From the NCBI GenBank assembly GCA_963766735.1, contig CAVYBU010000004.1, forward strand, positions 224,001-288,000: a stretch of DNA of 64,000 nucleotides. Direction: 5' to 3'. The translations under genes were made by a program, and so were the position numbers. The stretch comes from an uncultured Chloroflexia bacterium. GTDB lineage: Bacteria > Chloroflexota > Limnocylindria > Limnocylindrales > CSP1-4. Within the stretch, counting starts at the first letter, position 1; each line of letters opens with the position of its first letter. Shown here piece by piece: positions 54,280 through 64,000 of this stretch. Under the pieces are notes generated by a model. The model was given only the letters and a program-made list of their open reading frames with translations, was not told the DNA's origin and did not search any database.

Positions 54280-56125
54280 ATGCAGCTGCTTCTCGTCCTG
54301 CTTGTCGGAGGCCTGGGCGCCGCGGTCTCCGGCTGGGGCCTGGCTCGTGGCGGGCGCGCGGCGCGCGGTGGTGCCGTCGCCGGTGCGCTCGCGCTCCTCC
54401 TGCTGCTGATCCTCGTGCTGACCCTGGACACGCCCGCAGTGTCCACGCTCACGAACGTCGACTCCAGGCAGGATGCAGTCGGGACCGGAGGACTGTTCGA
54501 CGGTCGGCTGGTCCCCAACGCCTACCTTCGGCTGACGATCGGGCTGTGGACGCTGGACGCTGTCCTGCTCGCGTTCATCGCCTGGCTGATGAGCGGGCCG
54601 GCGAAGCTCCGCGGCGTGCTTCCCGCCACCCTCGCCGCACTGACGGGTGGGGTCATCGTGCTCGCGTCAGCCGACCTCGCGCTCGGGGCAGCGGCAGCTG
54701 CGGCCACCGGGCTGGTGGCGCTGGTGGCCGTCCCGCCGGCACGGGGCACCAGCACCGTCGCGGCGGCGGCGCGAGAGCTGCGTCTCACGCTGGTCGTGGC
54801 AGCCGTGCTGCTCACCGTGGTCGCCGTTTCACCGCTGAACGCCGCGCTCGCGTTGGGTGCCTCGATCGCAGGCACCGATCCGGCGGTCGTGGCCGGGGCG
54901 GGCGCGGTCCTCGGCCTGGGAGCACTGGCGGTTGCACTTGCGGTTGGCGCCCGACTCGGCGCGATCCCGTTCCACGTCCGCTTCTCCCGGATCGCGGACG
55001 TTGCCTCGCCGATCGACCTCGCGCTGCTGCTCGCCTGGCTGGCGGTGCCGGTCGGGGTCGCTGGCCTGGCTATCGTGGACGGCCAGATCGCACCGCTCGC
55101 GCTGCCGTTCGAGGGATACCGCCTGATCCTCATCGCGGTCGCGCTGGCCACGCTGGTCGCCGCGGCCCTCGCCGCGTACATCCAGGATGATCTCCGTCAC
55201 GCGCTGGGCTACCTCATCATCGCCGACGGCGGTCTCGTCCTGCTCGGCTTTGCGGCGCTCGACCCGGCCGCGTGGGGCCCGGCGCGGATCTGGCTGGTAG
55301 CGATGGCCGCCTCCAAGACGGCGCTGGTCGCGTGGTCGGCCGTCGCGGAAGACCGGTTCGGGACGCGCAGCATCCCGGACCTCCGGGGCTGGATCCGACG
55401 ATCCCCGATCCTCACGGCGGGGCTGGCGGTCACGATCGTCGCGACGTACGGCATCCCCGGCTGGATTGCGTTCGACGCACGGGGCACGCTGGCCCACCTC
55501 GCCGCGGAGGCACCATGGGACGCGCTGCTGGTCCTGGCCGGGTTTCCTGACCCTGCCGACCTACCTCCGGCTCCTGGTGCTGGGCACCGGCCCCGCGTCG
55601 AGCAGGGTTGACGGGGCGGCCCCGGAGCGGGTCGTGCGGCGACGAGGCGAGGGGGTCTCGCTGCTGAAGGAGACGCTCGACGTCGAGGTCGAGGCTGGGG
55701 GCACGGTCCCGGCGGCCGGCAATTCGGTCGGGGCGGCCGGCAATTCGGTCGGGGCGGCCGGCAATTCGGTCGGGGCGGCCGGCAATTCGGTCGGGGCGGT
55801 CCTCAACGCGGAGACCGCTGCCGACGAGATCGCGCTGGAGCCTGCTGCCGACAAGGCCGAGCCTGAATCTGCCGGGGCGCGCCGCAGACCCGCCCGCGCC
55901 CGGTCACGGGTGGAGCTGACCGCGGCCGCTGCCGGCTGGCGTGACGCAGCCGCCCGCCGCGTCACGAGGTTGGGAGCCGCGCTCCAGCGGGACCGAACCG
56001 AGCTGCTGGCCGGCGCCGTGCTGGCCCTGGCGGTGCTCGCCGCATTGACGTCCTGGGGGGCGCTGGACATCGGAGGGGCGGCCTCGGAGCCGGCCCCGGT
56101 CGTCAGCGGGTACCAGGGCGACTGA
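54280..56125 (+). pseudogene. Degenerate NuoL/M/N-Mrp-like membrane subunit split by an apparent frameshift near 55543-55545 (real lesion or sequencing error)
   Basis: RLGAIPFH, DDLRHALGY, DLRGW, GIPG resemble proton-conducting subunits; hydrophobic sequence continues in another frame (GFLTLPTYLRLLVL) if one T is removed. Confidence 0.6.
55712..55799 (+). repeat. Perfect 21-nt tandem repeat x4 encoding AAGNSVG
   Basis: GCGGCCGGCAATTCGGTCGGG at 55712, 55733, 55754 and 55775. Confidence 0.95.
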
Positions 56126-56152
56126 CGCCGCCCCCACGGGGCGGCTGCGGGT

Positions 56153-56620
56153 CTACTCCGCCGGCGCCAGGACCCAGCGATCGACCTCGCGCTCATAGTC
56201 CAGCAGCTCGCCCGGATGGAACCACAGGGCCAGCTCGGCCGCCGCGTTCTCCGGGCTGTCCGACGCATGGACCAGGTTCTGGGCGGTCTCGACGGCGAAG
56301 TCGCCGCGGATGGAGCCGGGGGCCGCCTCGTGGGGGCGGGTGGCGCCGTTCATCGCGCGGACGATCGCGATCGCGTTCGGTCCCTCGAGGGCGGCTGCCA
56401 CGAGCGGGCCCGAGGTGATGAACTCCACGAGGCCCGTGAAGAACGGCTTGTCGCTGTGCACCGCGTAGTGCTGCTCGGCAAGGGCCCGATCCACGTGGAC
56501 CAGCTTGAGGCCGACCAGCTTGAGGCCCCTCTCCTCGAACCGCGTGAGGACCCGCCCCACGAGCTGGCGCTGGACGCCGTCCGGCTTGACGAGGAGGAGG
56601 GTGCGCTGCGGTTCCGCCAT
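56153..56620 (-). CDS. ndk: Nucleoside diphosphate kinase
   Basis: RTLLLVKPDGVQR, PGSIRGDF, NLVHASDS. Confidence 0.96.
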   Translation of the reverse strand: MAEPQRTLLLVKPDGVQRQLVGRVLTRFEERGLKLVGLKLVHVDRALAEQHYAVHSDKPFFTGLVEFITSGPLVAAALEGPNAIAIVRAMNGATRPHEAAPGSIRGDFAVETAQNLVHASDSPENAAAELALWFHPGELLDYEREVDRWVLAPAE

Positions 56621-56795
56621 GAGATTTCGGCCTCTCGTGTCGTGCGCGACGCCGGGACACCGGGTCGCTGGGCTGGCTGGTTGCCGTCGCCGCTTGCCGG
56701 ACGCCCTGGGACGGGCATCGCGGGAGGCGACGCGGGTCCAAAGGGTAGCGCGAGGGACGAAGGTGGGGGCGTCGTCCAGGCGACGGCGAACCTGG

Positions 56796-57773
56796 TCAGC
56801 CCCGGCCGCGGGCCAGCTCGAAGGCGTCGGCCGCCTCCGCCTCGCGACCCAGCAGCCGCAAGGCGTCCCCTGCCACGAGAGCCAGCGCCGGATCCCGCTC
56901 CCACGCGCCCACCGCCTCCAGCACACCCTCGGCGAACCCGGGGTCCAGGCGCAGCGCGACGCCCAGTCGCAGGGCCGCTCCGCCCACATCGCCCCCGGCA
57001 AGGGCGGCGCGACCCCCGGCGTACGCCTCCGCCGCGGCCGTCGCGGCCGGCGTGCCGAGGTCATCGGCCGTCGCAGCGCGTCGCGCGCGCTCGCCGCGCT
57101 GGTGCTCCTCGCCGCGCCCGTGATCGACACGAGTCACGGACATCCCTCCACCGGAGAGCGCTGCGGGACCAGCAGCCTCCGCGGCGGCGGGCGTCGGCAC
57201 GTCCTCCGGCCAGATCAGGCTGCGTGGCATCCCCGCGAACACCGCGTCCAGCGGACCGTCGGACAGGGCGAGCGCACGGGTGGCCAACCGCCGAGCCTCC
57301 CCGGGGCGTCCCTGGGCGGCGACGAATTCGGCCGCGATCAGCAGGGCGAACGCTCCGTCGCTGCCACGGGCGAGGAGCGCCGTCGCGGCCTCGTTCGCAC
57401 CCGCGAGATCGCCCGTCCGCCACCGGGCCTCTGCCAGGTCCACCAGGGCCTCCTCGTCGAGAGCGTCCCTCCCGGCCAGGGCCTCGAGCTCCGCGCGGGC
57501 GAGCTGCAGCTGGCCCATGCGCAGGTGCAGGTGGGCGATGTCCAGCGGGGCCCGGCGGGCCGTGTTCGACCCCGAGCCCGATGGCAATCCCACTGCACCC
57601 AGGGACGACCCAGGGGAGTCAGGGGACGCGGCCGGGCGGGCGTCTGATCCTCGACCGGCTCGCCGCGTGCGCCGCGGCGGTTTGCGCTCCGATGCCGGCG
57701 GTTTGCCGGCGTCGGCCGGTCCGGAGACCTCCGTGACCGGCTCCTCGGCCGGCCGGCCCGTCGGGTCCGTCAT
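56796..57773 (-). CDS. TPR-like helical protein
   Basis: Ala/Leu helical repeats such as ALRLDPGFAE and GDALRLLGREAEAADAFELA; ATGA overlap with the peptidase. Confidence 0.65.
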   Translation of the reverse strand: MTDPTGRPAEEPVTEVSGPADAGKPPASERKPPRRTRRAGRGSDARPAASPDSPGSSLGAVGLPSGSGSNTARRAPLDIAHLHLRMGQLQLARAELEALAGRDALDEEALVDLAEARWRTGDLAGANEAATALLARGSDGAFALLIAAEFVAAQGRPGEARRLATRALALSDGPLDAVFAGMPRSLIWPEDVPTPAAAEAAGPAALSGGGMSVTRVDHGRGEEHQRGERARRAATADDLGTPAATAAAEAYAGGRAALAGGDVGGAALRLGVALRLDPGFAEGVLEAVGAWERDPALALVAGDALRLLGREAEAADAFELARGRG

Positions 57774-59038
57774 CGCGGAAGTCGGAGGTGCGTGTCCAGG
57801 CCGCGCAGGTACCTGGCCGGAGCGACTGCCGCCATCCGCAGGCCCTCGTCACGGAACAGCTGGCCGGCCAGGCGGGTGACCTCCGCGCCGTCCACGGCCT
57901 CGACCGCCTCCAGTGCCTCGTCCAGCGTGAGGACGCGATCGTGGAGGGCCTCCTGGCCGCCGACCCACGATGCCAGGTGCCGGGTGTCATCCATGCGCAG
58001 CTCCAGGCCACCGGACAGGTACGCCTTCGCCTTCGCCAGCTCCCCCGGGGGCACGGGCTCGTCGGTCAGACGCGTCAGCTCCTCCAGGATGGCCTCGATC
58101 GCCGCCGGCAGCTTCACCGGGTCCACGCCGGCCGAGATCTCGACCGCCCCGGCGTCCGCGTATTCCACGATCCCGGAGCTCACGTCGTAGGCGAGGCCCT
58201 TCTCCTCGCGCACGCCGAGGAAGAGCCGGCTGGACATGCCGTCGCCCAGGAGCGCGTTGAGGACCGCCAGGTTCCAGGAATCCGGATGGTCGCGCCGGAG
58301 CCCCGGCAGCGCGATCGCCAGCGATGCCTGCGAGGTGTCCCGCTTGCCGGGCAGGAACCGGGCGCCGGCGGGGAGCGAAGGCGCCGGGGCGAACGCAGGG
58401 AACGAGCCGTCCCCCGACCCGAAGGCCGCCGCGGCGAGCTCGACCGCCTCGGCGTGATCGAGGTCTCCGGCCACCGCCACCACCGTGTTCGCCGGCCGGT
58501 AGGTCGTCCGCCAGAAGTCGTGGATGGCCTGGGCAGGGAGTGCGCGGATCCCGTCCTCGTCACCGCAGATCTCCCGGCCAAGCGGTCCGTCGCCGAACAT
58601 CGCCTGCTGGATCAGGATCTGCGCGTACTCGGATGGGTCGTCCAGGTAGGAGCGGATCTCCTCCACGATGACCGTCCGCTCCTGGTCGATATCCGCATCC
58701 GAGAGCCGCGGCCGGATGACCAGCTCGCCGATCACGCCCATCGCCGTGGCGGCAACCCGCCGGGGGACGCGAACCCAGTACACGGTCGACTCGCGGTCCG
58801 TGGCGGCGTTCGCGGAGCCGCCGACACCCTCGACAGCCTCCGAGATGGCGCGGGAGGACGGGTAGCGGGCCGTCCCCTTGAACGTGAGGTGCTCCATGAA
58901 GTGGGCGACCCCGGCCTCGCCGGCGGACTCCAGGCGGGAGCCGGCCAGGACGTAGGCGGCGATCGAGACCGATCGGGAGCCCGAAAGACTGGCGGAGATG
59001 ACGCGCGGTCCCTCGGGAAGCTGGGTCCGGTGGAACAT
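57770..59038 (-). CDS. M16 (pitrilysin family) zinc peptidase
   Basis: HFMEH inverted zinc motif, NAAT, MSSRLF..VREEKGLAY; ATG 7 nt after TACCAT. Confidence 0.92.
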   Translation of the reverse strand: MFHRTQLPEGPRVISASLSGSRSVSIAAYVLAGSRLESAGEAGVAHFMEHLTFKGTARYPSSRAISEAVEGVGGSANAATDRESTVYWVRVPRRVAATAMGVIGELVIRPRLSDADIDQERTVIVEEIRSYLDDPSEYAQILIQQAMFGDGPLGREICGDEDGIRALPAQAIHDFWRTTYRPANTVVAVAGDLDHAEAVELAAAAFGSGDGSFPAFAPAPSLPAGARFLPGKRDTSQASLAIALPGLRRDHPDSWNLAVLNALLGDGMSSRLFLGVREEKGLAYDVSSGIVEYADAGAVEISAGVDPVKLPAAIEAILEELTRLTDEPVPPGELAKAKAYLSGGLELRMDDTRHLASWVGGQEALHDRVLTLDEALEAVEAVDGAEVTRLAGQLFRDEGLRMAAVAPARYLRGLDTHLRLPR

Positions 59039-59163
59039 CTCATCGATGGTAGCCCGGAAACAGCGGGACCGGCGGCCCAGGGCCTGCCGGTCCGGGCGTC
59101 GCGTGGAGGATGCCGGGTCAGGCGGCCGGAGCCGTCCCGAACGCATGTTGGGCCCCGCGCGCG

Positions 59164-59595
59164 CTACTCCTCGGCCCCCTCGAGTCCGAGCAGCTCCATC
59201 TGGACGAACCCGCCGGTGTCGAACGCGAGCTGGCGCGGGACCGACGGGCCCTCGTTCGCATCGAGGGCGCCGGGCACGAACTCGATCACGACCCGCTCGT
59301 CGCCCTGGACGAGCGTGTAGACGAGGAGCTGGTCGGGTCGGGTCTCGAACTCGAGATGCTCGAAGGAGTCCACGTTGATGGTGATGGCGATCGGCGTGAA
59401 GTACGTCGACATGTCGGGCTCGTCGGCAACGATCCGCTCCACCCAGCCGGTCCCGTGCGAGACCACGTCCCGTCCCCGCACGAGGCGGTACGAGATGGTC
59501 TGCTTGAGGATCGGGCTCAGGAGGTGCTGGATATCGGCCCGGCTGGTGACCAGGCCCTGGTTGACGAAGAACTTGGCCGGAGGATTGTTCGCCAC
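59164..59595 (-). CDS. Hypothetical protein
   Basis: Globular composition with strong codon bias; GAGGTGGGAG upstream of GTG 59595. Confidence 0.7.
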   Translation of the reverse strand: MANNPPAKFFVNQGLVTSRADIQHLLSPILKQTISYRLVRGRDVVSHGTGWVERIVADEPDMSTYFTPIAITINVDSFEHLEFETRPDQLLVYTLVQGDERVVIEFVPGALDANEGPSVPRQLAFDTGGFVQMELLGLEGAEE

Positions 59596-59774
59596 GATGG
59601 GCTCCCACCTCAATGGCTCGGGGGCGCTGGAGCGGCTCGCCGTGCCGCCACTCACAGGCCGGCCCGACGAGTATCGATCGTAGCCCAGCGGACGGGTTGC
59701 GGGTGGGTGGCCTTCGCAGGTCCCGGGGCTGCGAATCTCGCGGGTCGGGTTCGGCCACGCCTTATCATCAACGC

Positions 59775-60584
59775 ATGCTGCTCGCGGTCGACATCGGGAA
59801 CACCAACATCACCCTCGGCCTCGTGGACGGCGGCACCCTCGCCACCATCCGCCGAACCGGCACGCTCAGGGCGTCCACCTCGGACGAGATGGAGCTCCTC
59901 CTGGTCGGCATCCTTGGCCTCGATGGCCGCCTTCTGGACGCCGTCACGATCATCGCCGTCGCCTCGGTCGTACCCGCCCAGACCGCGATGCTGGAGAGCG
60001 TCGCCGCCCGCCGTGGCATCGGCCTGCTGGTGGCGACCGCCGGCACTGTCCCGCTCGCCATCCGCGTGGACCGCCCGGGCGAGGTGGGACCGGACCGGCT
60101 GGTCAATGCCCTGGCCGCCCAGCGGCTGCACGGCACGCCCGCCGTCGTGGTCGACTTCGGGACCGCAACGACGTTCGACTGCGTGGGACCTGACGGCGCC
60201 TACGTCGGGGGCGCCATCGCTCCCGGCCTTGAGCTGGGCCTCGAAGCGCTCGCGGCCCGCACCGCCAAGCTGCCGAGGATCGAGCTGCGCACCCCTGAGC
60301 GGGCGATCGGCCGCGATACCGTGAGCGCGATGCAGTCCGGCACCATCTTCGGCTACCAGGCCCTGGCGACGGGGCTCCTCGCCCGCGTCCGCGGAGAGCT
60401 GGCCGAGCAGGCCGGCGTCGCCCCGGAGGACGTCCGCACGATCCTCACCGGTGGCCTGTCCGCCGCCCCCTGGGCCCGAGCGATCGAGGGCGTGGACGTG
60501 ATCGATCCTGACCTCACCCTCAAGGGCCTCGCGATCCTCCACGCCGAGGTCGCGGGTGGCGAGCCGCTGGACGGCACCCGATGA
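59775..60584 (+). CDS. coaX: Type III pantothenate kinase
   Basis: DIGNTN, VGPDR, VDFGTATT, GGAIAPG, TGG. Confidence 0.94.
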   Translation: MLLAVDIGNTNITLGLVDGGTLATIRRTGTLRASTSDEMELLLVGILGLDGRLLDAVTIIAVASVVPAQTAMLESVAARRGIGLLVATAGTVPLAIRVDRPGEVGPDRLVNALAAQRLHGTPAVVVDFGTATTFDCVGPDGAYVGGAIAPGLELGLEALAARTAKLPRIELRTPERAIGRDTVSAMQSGTIFGYQALATGLLARVRGELAEQAGVAPEDVRTILTGGLSAAPWARAIEGVDVIDPDLTLKGLAILHAEVAGGEPLDGTR

Positions 60585-61906
60585 GCGGCCGCCTCGAGGG
60601 CCGGCTGATCGGCGTCGGCGTGTGCGGCTCCATCGCGGCCTACAAGTCGGTCGAGCTCGTCCGCCTCCTCCGCGCCGAGGGCGCCGAGGTCGTGGTCATG
60701 CTCACGCCGGCCGCCGCGGCGTTCGTCGGGCCGCTCACCTTCGAGGCGCTGTCCGGCCACGCGGTTGAGACAGACGTCCTGGGCCTGCTCCCGGACCGGC
60801 GTATCGGCCACATCGTGGTGGCGGACACGGCCGACGCGCTGGTGATCGCCCCGGCGACGGCACGCTGGCTGGGCGCGATGGCGAACGGGATCGCGAGCGA
60901 CACGATCACCGCCGCCTGCCTCGCCAGCGCCGCGCCCGTCGTGGTCGCGCCGGCGATGGACGGCGACATGTGGACCCACCGCGCGACGCGCGACAACGTC
61001 GAGCGCCTGCAGCGGGACTTCGGCTACGCGCTGGTGCCGCCCGAGATCGGCTCGCTCGCGTCCGGGCAGTCCGGCATCGGGCGCCTGGCAGACCCCGCAC
61101 GGATCGTGGATGCCGTGGCCGCCATCGTCGCGGATCGGCCGATCCGCCAGCCCGACGCCGCCGTGCGTCCGCCGCGGACCATGCCCGTCCACGAGCCGGA
61201 CCTCGAGGGACGCCACGTCGTGGTGAGTGCCGGCGGAACCGTGGAGGCCATCGATCCCGTCCGGTTCATCGGCAATCGCAGCACCGGCAGGATGGGCATC
61301 GCGATCGCGGAGGCAGCCCTTGCCCGCGGCGCGCGTGTCACGATCGTGGCCGGGCGCGTGGAGGTCCCGTTCCCCTCCACCGCGGAGGTCATCCGCGCCG
61401 AATCCACGGCCGCCATGCGCCAGGCCGTGCTCGACGCCGTGTTCGAGGGGCGCGCGGACGTCCTCGTCATGGCCGCCGCCGTCGCCGACTTCCGGCCGCG
61501 GCGTGCCGCCGACGCCAAGCTCCCGCGCGATGGGTCCCTCACCCTGGAGCTGGAGCCCACCGAGGACATCCTCGCGGAGGTCGGTGTCCGCGCGAAGGAC
61601 ACTGTCCCCCGCCCCTTCATCGTCGGGTTCGCGGCCGAGACGGGTTCGCTGGAGCGGGCGCCCGCCAAGCTCCGCCGCAAGGGCGCGGACCTGCTTGTCG
61701 CCAACGACGTCTCGGAGGCTGGGTCGGGCTTCGGGACCGACACCAACCGCGTCTCGATCCTGGCCTCCGACGGCTCGCGGGACGATCTCCCGCTGCTGGC
61801 CAAGCGCGAGGTCGCCCACCGCCTCCTCGACCGCGTGGCGGCCGCGCTGGACGAACGGGACGGCCGGTCCCACACTGGCGCGACCAGAACGGAGACCAAC
61901 CAATGA
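60581..61906 (+). CDS. coaBC: Phosphopantothenoylcysteine decarboxylase/synthase
   Basis: GSIAAYK, APAM, EAIDPVRFIGNRSTG, AAVADF, GFAAET. Confidence 0.94.
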   Translation: MSGRLEGRLIGVGVCGSIAAYKSVELVRLLRAEGAEVVVMLTPAAAAFVGPLTFEALSGHAVETDVLGLLPDRRIGHIVVADTADALVIAPATARWLGAMANGIASDTITAACLASAAPVVVAPAMDGDMWTHRATRDNVERLQRDFGYALVPPEIGSLASGQSGIGRLADPARIVDAVAAIVADRPIRQPDAAVRPPRTMPVHEPDLEGRHVVVSAGGTVEAIDPVRFIGNRSTGRMGIAIAEAALARGARVTIVAGRVEVPFPSTAEVIRAESTAAMRQAVLDAVFEGRADVLVMAAAVADFRPRRAADAKLPRDGSLTLELEPTEDILAEVGVRAKDTVPRPFIVGFAAETGSLERAPAKLRRKGADLLVANDVSEAGSGFGTDTNRVSILASDGSRDDLPLLAKREVAHRLLDRVAAALDERDGRSHTGATRTETNQ

Positions 61907-62817
61907 GCGTCCAGAACGACTCCGTCCGCCGCCTCTCGGTCGTGGACATCGGCAGGCTCTACGCCGACGGCGTCCGCATCGCGACCATCACCGCCTACGA
62001 CTACCCGACGGCGGCGCTCGTGGACGAGGCGGGCATCCCGCTGATCCTCGTCGGCGACTCGCTGGCGCAGGTCATCCTCGGCTACGACACGACCGTGCGG
62101 GTCTCGATGGAGGAGATGATCCACCACACCAAGGCGGTGGTCCGGGGCACGGCGCGCGCGCTCATCGTCGCCGACATGCCGTTCCTCTCCTACTCGAACG
62201 CCGAGGACGCCCTTGCCAACGCCGGGCGCTTCCTGCGCGAGGCAGGCGCCCAGGCGGTCAAGATCGAGGGCGGCGTGCGGAGCGCACGCACGATCGAGGC
62301 GCTGGTCAGGGCCGGGATCCCCGTGATGGGCCACATCGGCCTCACCCCGCAGGCGATCAACACGCTCGGCCGGGTCCGCGTCCAGGGCAAGTCCAGGGCC
62401 CAGGCCCGTTCCCTCCTTGCCGACGCCCTCGCCGTCCAGGAGGCCGGCGCCTTCGCCGTCGTCCTGGAGCTGGTCCCCGGGCAGCTGGCCCAGGCCATCA
62501 CGGACCGGCTGCACATCCCCACGATCGGGATCGGTGCGGGTGCGGGTTGCTCCGGCCAGATCCAGGTGATCAACGACACGCTGGGCTGGGGTGCATGGGT
62601 CCCGAAGCACGCCCGCAAGTACGCGGACCTGCGCATGACGATCCTGGACGCCGTGGCGCAGTACCGCGCGGACGTCGAGGCCGGCACGTTCCCGGGCGAG
62701 GACGAGACCGTGCTGATGGACCCGGCGGTCCTGGACGAGGTGCTGGGCCGGTCCGGCGCGGATCGCGCGGACCCGGCCTCGGATCTGGCGGGCATCCCGC
62801 TGGATCGCGACCTCTAG
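61903..62817 (+). CDS. panB: Ketopantoate hydroxymethyltransferase
   Basis: TAYD, LVGDS, ADMPF, VKIEGG, GHIGLTPQ, IGIGAG. Confidence 0.96.
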   Translation: MSVQNDSVRRLSVVDIGRLYADGVRIATITAYDYPTAALVDEAGIPLILVGDSLAQVILGYDTTVRVSMEEMIHHTKAVVRGTARALIVADMPFLSYSNAEDALANAGRFLREAGAQAVKIEGGVRSARTIEALVRAGIPVMGHIGLTPQAINTLGRVRVQGKSRAQARSLLADALAVQEAGAFAVVLELVPGQLAQAITDRLHIPTIGIGAGAGCSGQIQVINDTLGWGAWVPKHARKYADLRMTILDAVAQYRADVEAGTFPGEDETVLMDPAVLDEVLGRSGADRADPASDLAGIPLDRDL

Positions 62818-62861
62818 CCGTCCTGCTTCACGGCCGGCCGCCTCCCACTCGCCCACCCCTG

Positions 62862-63695
62862 ATGCACGTCGTCCGGACCCGCGCCGACCTGCGGGCAGCC
62901 CTCGCGTCGTCGCGGCGGCCGGTCGGGCTGGTCCCCACCATGGGCTGGCTGCACGCGGGGCACGTGTCGCTGATCGAACGGGCGCGTGCCGAGAACGCGA
63001 CCGTGGTGGTGTCGATCTTCGTCAACCCGCGCCAGTTCGGCCAGGTCGCCGACTTCGCACGGTACCCGCGCAACGAGACACGGGACATCGAGGCCTGCGA
63101 GCGTGCCGGCGTGGACCTGGTGTTCGCCCCGACCGTGGACGAGGTCTACCCCACCGGCTTCGACACCCGCGTGTCCGTCGGCGCCATCGCGGACCCGCTG
63201 GAGGGTGCGGCGCGGCCGGGTCACTTCGACGGCGTGGCGACGGTGGTGGCGATCCTGTTCGCGCTGGTCGCTGCGGAGCGCGCCTACTTCGGCCTCAAGG
63301 ACTACCAGCAGGTGCAGGTGATCCGGCGCATGGCCCTGGACCTCGCGCTGCCCACGGAGGTGGTCGCCTGCGAAACGCTCCGCGAGCCGGACGGGCTGGC
63401 GATGTCGTCACGCAACGCACGGCTCTCGCCGGCGGGGCGGGCGGCGGCTTCCGTGCTCCGGCGGGCGCTCGTGGCGGGGGCCGCGGCAGTCCGGGATGGG
63501 ACGCGGGAGGCCGATGCCATCCGCGCGGCGATGCTGGCCGTGCTGGCGACGGAGCCGATGGCGACCCCGGACTACGTGTCGGTCGCGGACCCGGACACGC
63601 TCATCGAGCTGGAGGCGGCGGCCGGCCGTGCGCTGCTGTCGCTCGCGGTTGAGATCGAGGGCGTCCGCCTCATCGACAACACGCAGGTCGGGTAG
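62862..63695 (+). CDS. panC: Pantoate-beta-alanine ligase
   Basis: VPTMGWLHAGH, RPGHFDGV, FGLKDYQQ, GLAMSSRN, RLIDN. Confidence 0.96.
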   Translation: MHVVRTRADLRAALASSRRPVGLVPTMGWLHAGHVSLIERARAENATVVVSIFVNPRQFGQVADFARYPRNETRDIEACERAGVDLVFAPTVDEVYPTGFDTRVSVGAIADPLEGAARPGHFDGVATVVAILFALVAAERAYFGLKDYQQVQVIRRMALDLALPTEVVACETLREPDGLAMSSRNARLSPAGRAAASVLRRALVAGAAAVRDGTREADAIRAAMLAVLATEPMATPDYVSVADPDTLIELEAAAGRALLSLAVEIEGVRLIDNTQVG

Positions 63696-63773
63696 GGCCA
63701 GAAGCAGCGTCGCGTCCAGGTTTCGGGCCTGGCAGGTCCGGGCCGGCGCGCCGGCGGTTCGCCGTCCGCGCGG

Positions 63774-64000
63774 TCAGGAAAGCGCGGCCCGGTTCGCGCG
63801 AAGCCAGCCTCCAACCGCCTCGACCAGGGCGTCGATCTCGTCCTTGCCCATCGCGGTCGAGACCGCGGCCGAGCCCGTGTTGATCATGATGAACCCCTCC
63901 CCCAGCAGGTGCTCGAGGAGGCCCCGCAGAAGGCGTGACTCGTCGGGGCCGACGAAGGCCTCCCGGTAGTTGCGCGGCGGCCGCGGCTTCAGGTGCACGC
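63774..64000 (-). CDS. 3' end of a CDS running off the window, possibly a class III (HemL-like) aminotransferase
   Basis: PRNYR..LLGEGF..VSTAM...EIDALVEA resembles class III aminotransferase C-termini; fragment only. Confidence 0.5.
   Translation of the reverse strand, partial: VHLKPRPPRNYREAFVGPDESRLLRGLLEHLLGEGFIMINTGSAAVSTAMGKDEIDALVEAVGGWLRANRAALS

Noticed and set aside
55712-55799. Possible CRISPR array
   Set aside because: Head-to-tail repeats without spacers, inside a coding frame, with no cas genes.
61903-63695. Absence of panD and panE as a sign of a novel pantothenate route
   Set aside because: These genes are often unlinked or replaced (for example IlvC for PanE); this cannot be judged from one window.

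Overview
Very GC-rich bacterial chromosomal window, tentatively Chloroflexota-like (inferred from gene content only). It is mostly housekeeping and energy metabolism; I found no integrase, transposase or CRISPR array. In order: nucleoside hydrolase and FAD oxidoreductase; a tRNA-Ser(GCT)/tRNA-Arg pair in which the Arg tRNA has the rare GCG anticodon; a complete methanogen-type hdrCBA-mvhDGA electron-bifurcating hydrogenase cluster with maturation protease and a cysteine-free HypA-like protein; a shikimate operon (aroF-A-E-C-KB-Q, chorismate mutase, gluQ) preceded by a candidate Tyr/Phe leader-peptide attenuator (MYAIYLFTCPA); cydABDC with DosR-like boxes; a trp operon under a Trp T-box with a TrpC-TrpF-TrpB triple fusion; a heliorhodopsin downstream of a tRNA-Ser/PlsY-like/MacB-type exporter/lipoprotein cluster; serS, class I lysS, greA (terminator in leader), argR, uppP, H+-PPase, lepB; two orphan complex-I/Mrp-like membrane genes (one frameshifted); ndk, M16 peptidase, coaX-coaBC-panB-panC. 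Many first genes of operons look leaderless. All calls come from motif recognition by eye, and start codons are best estimates.
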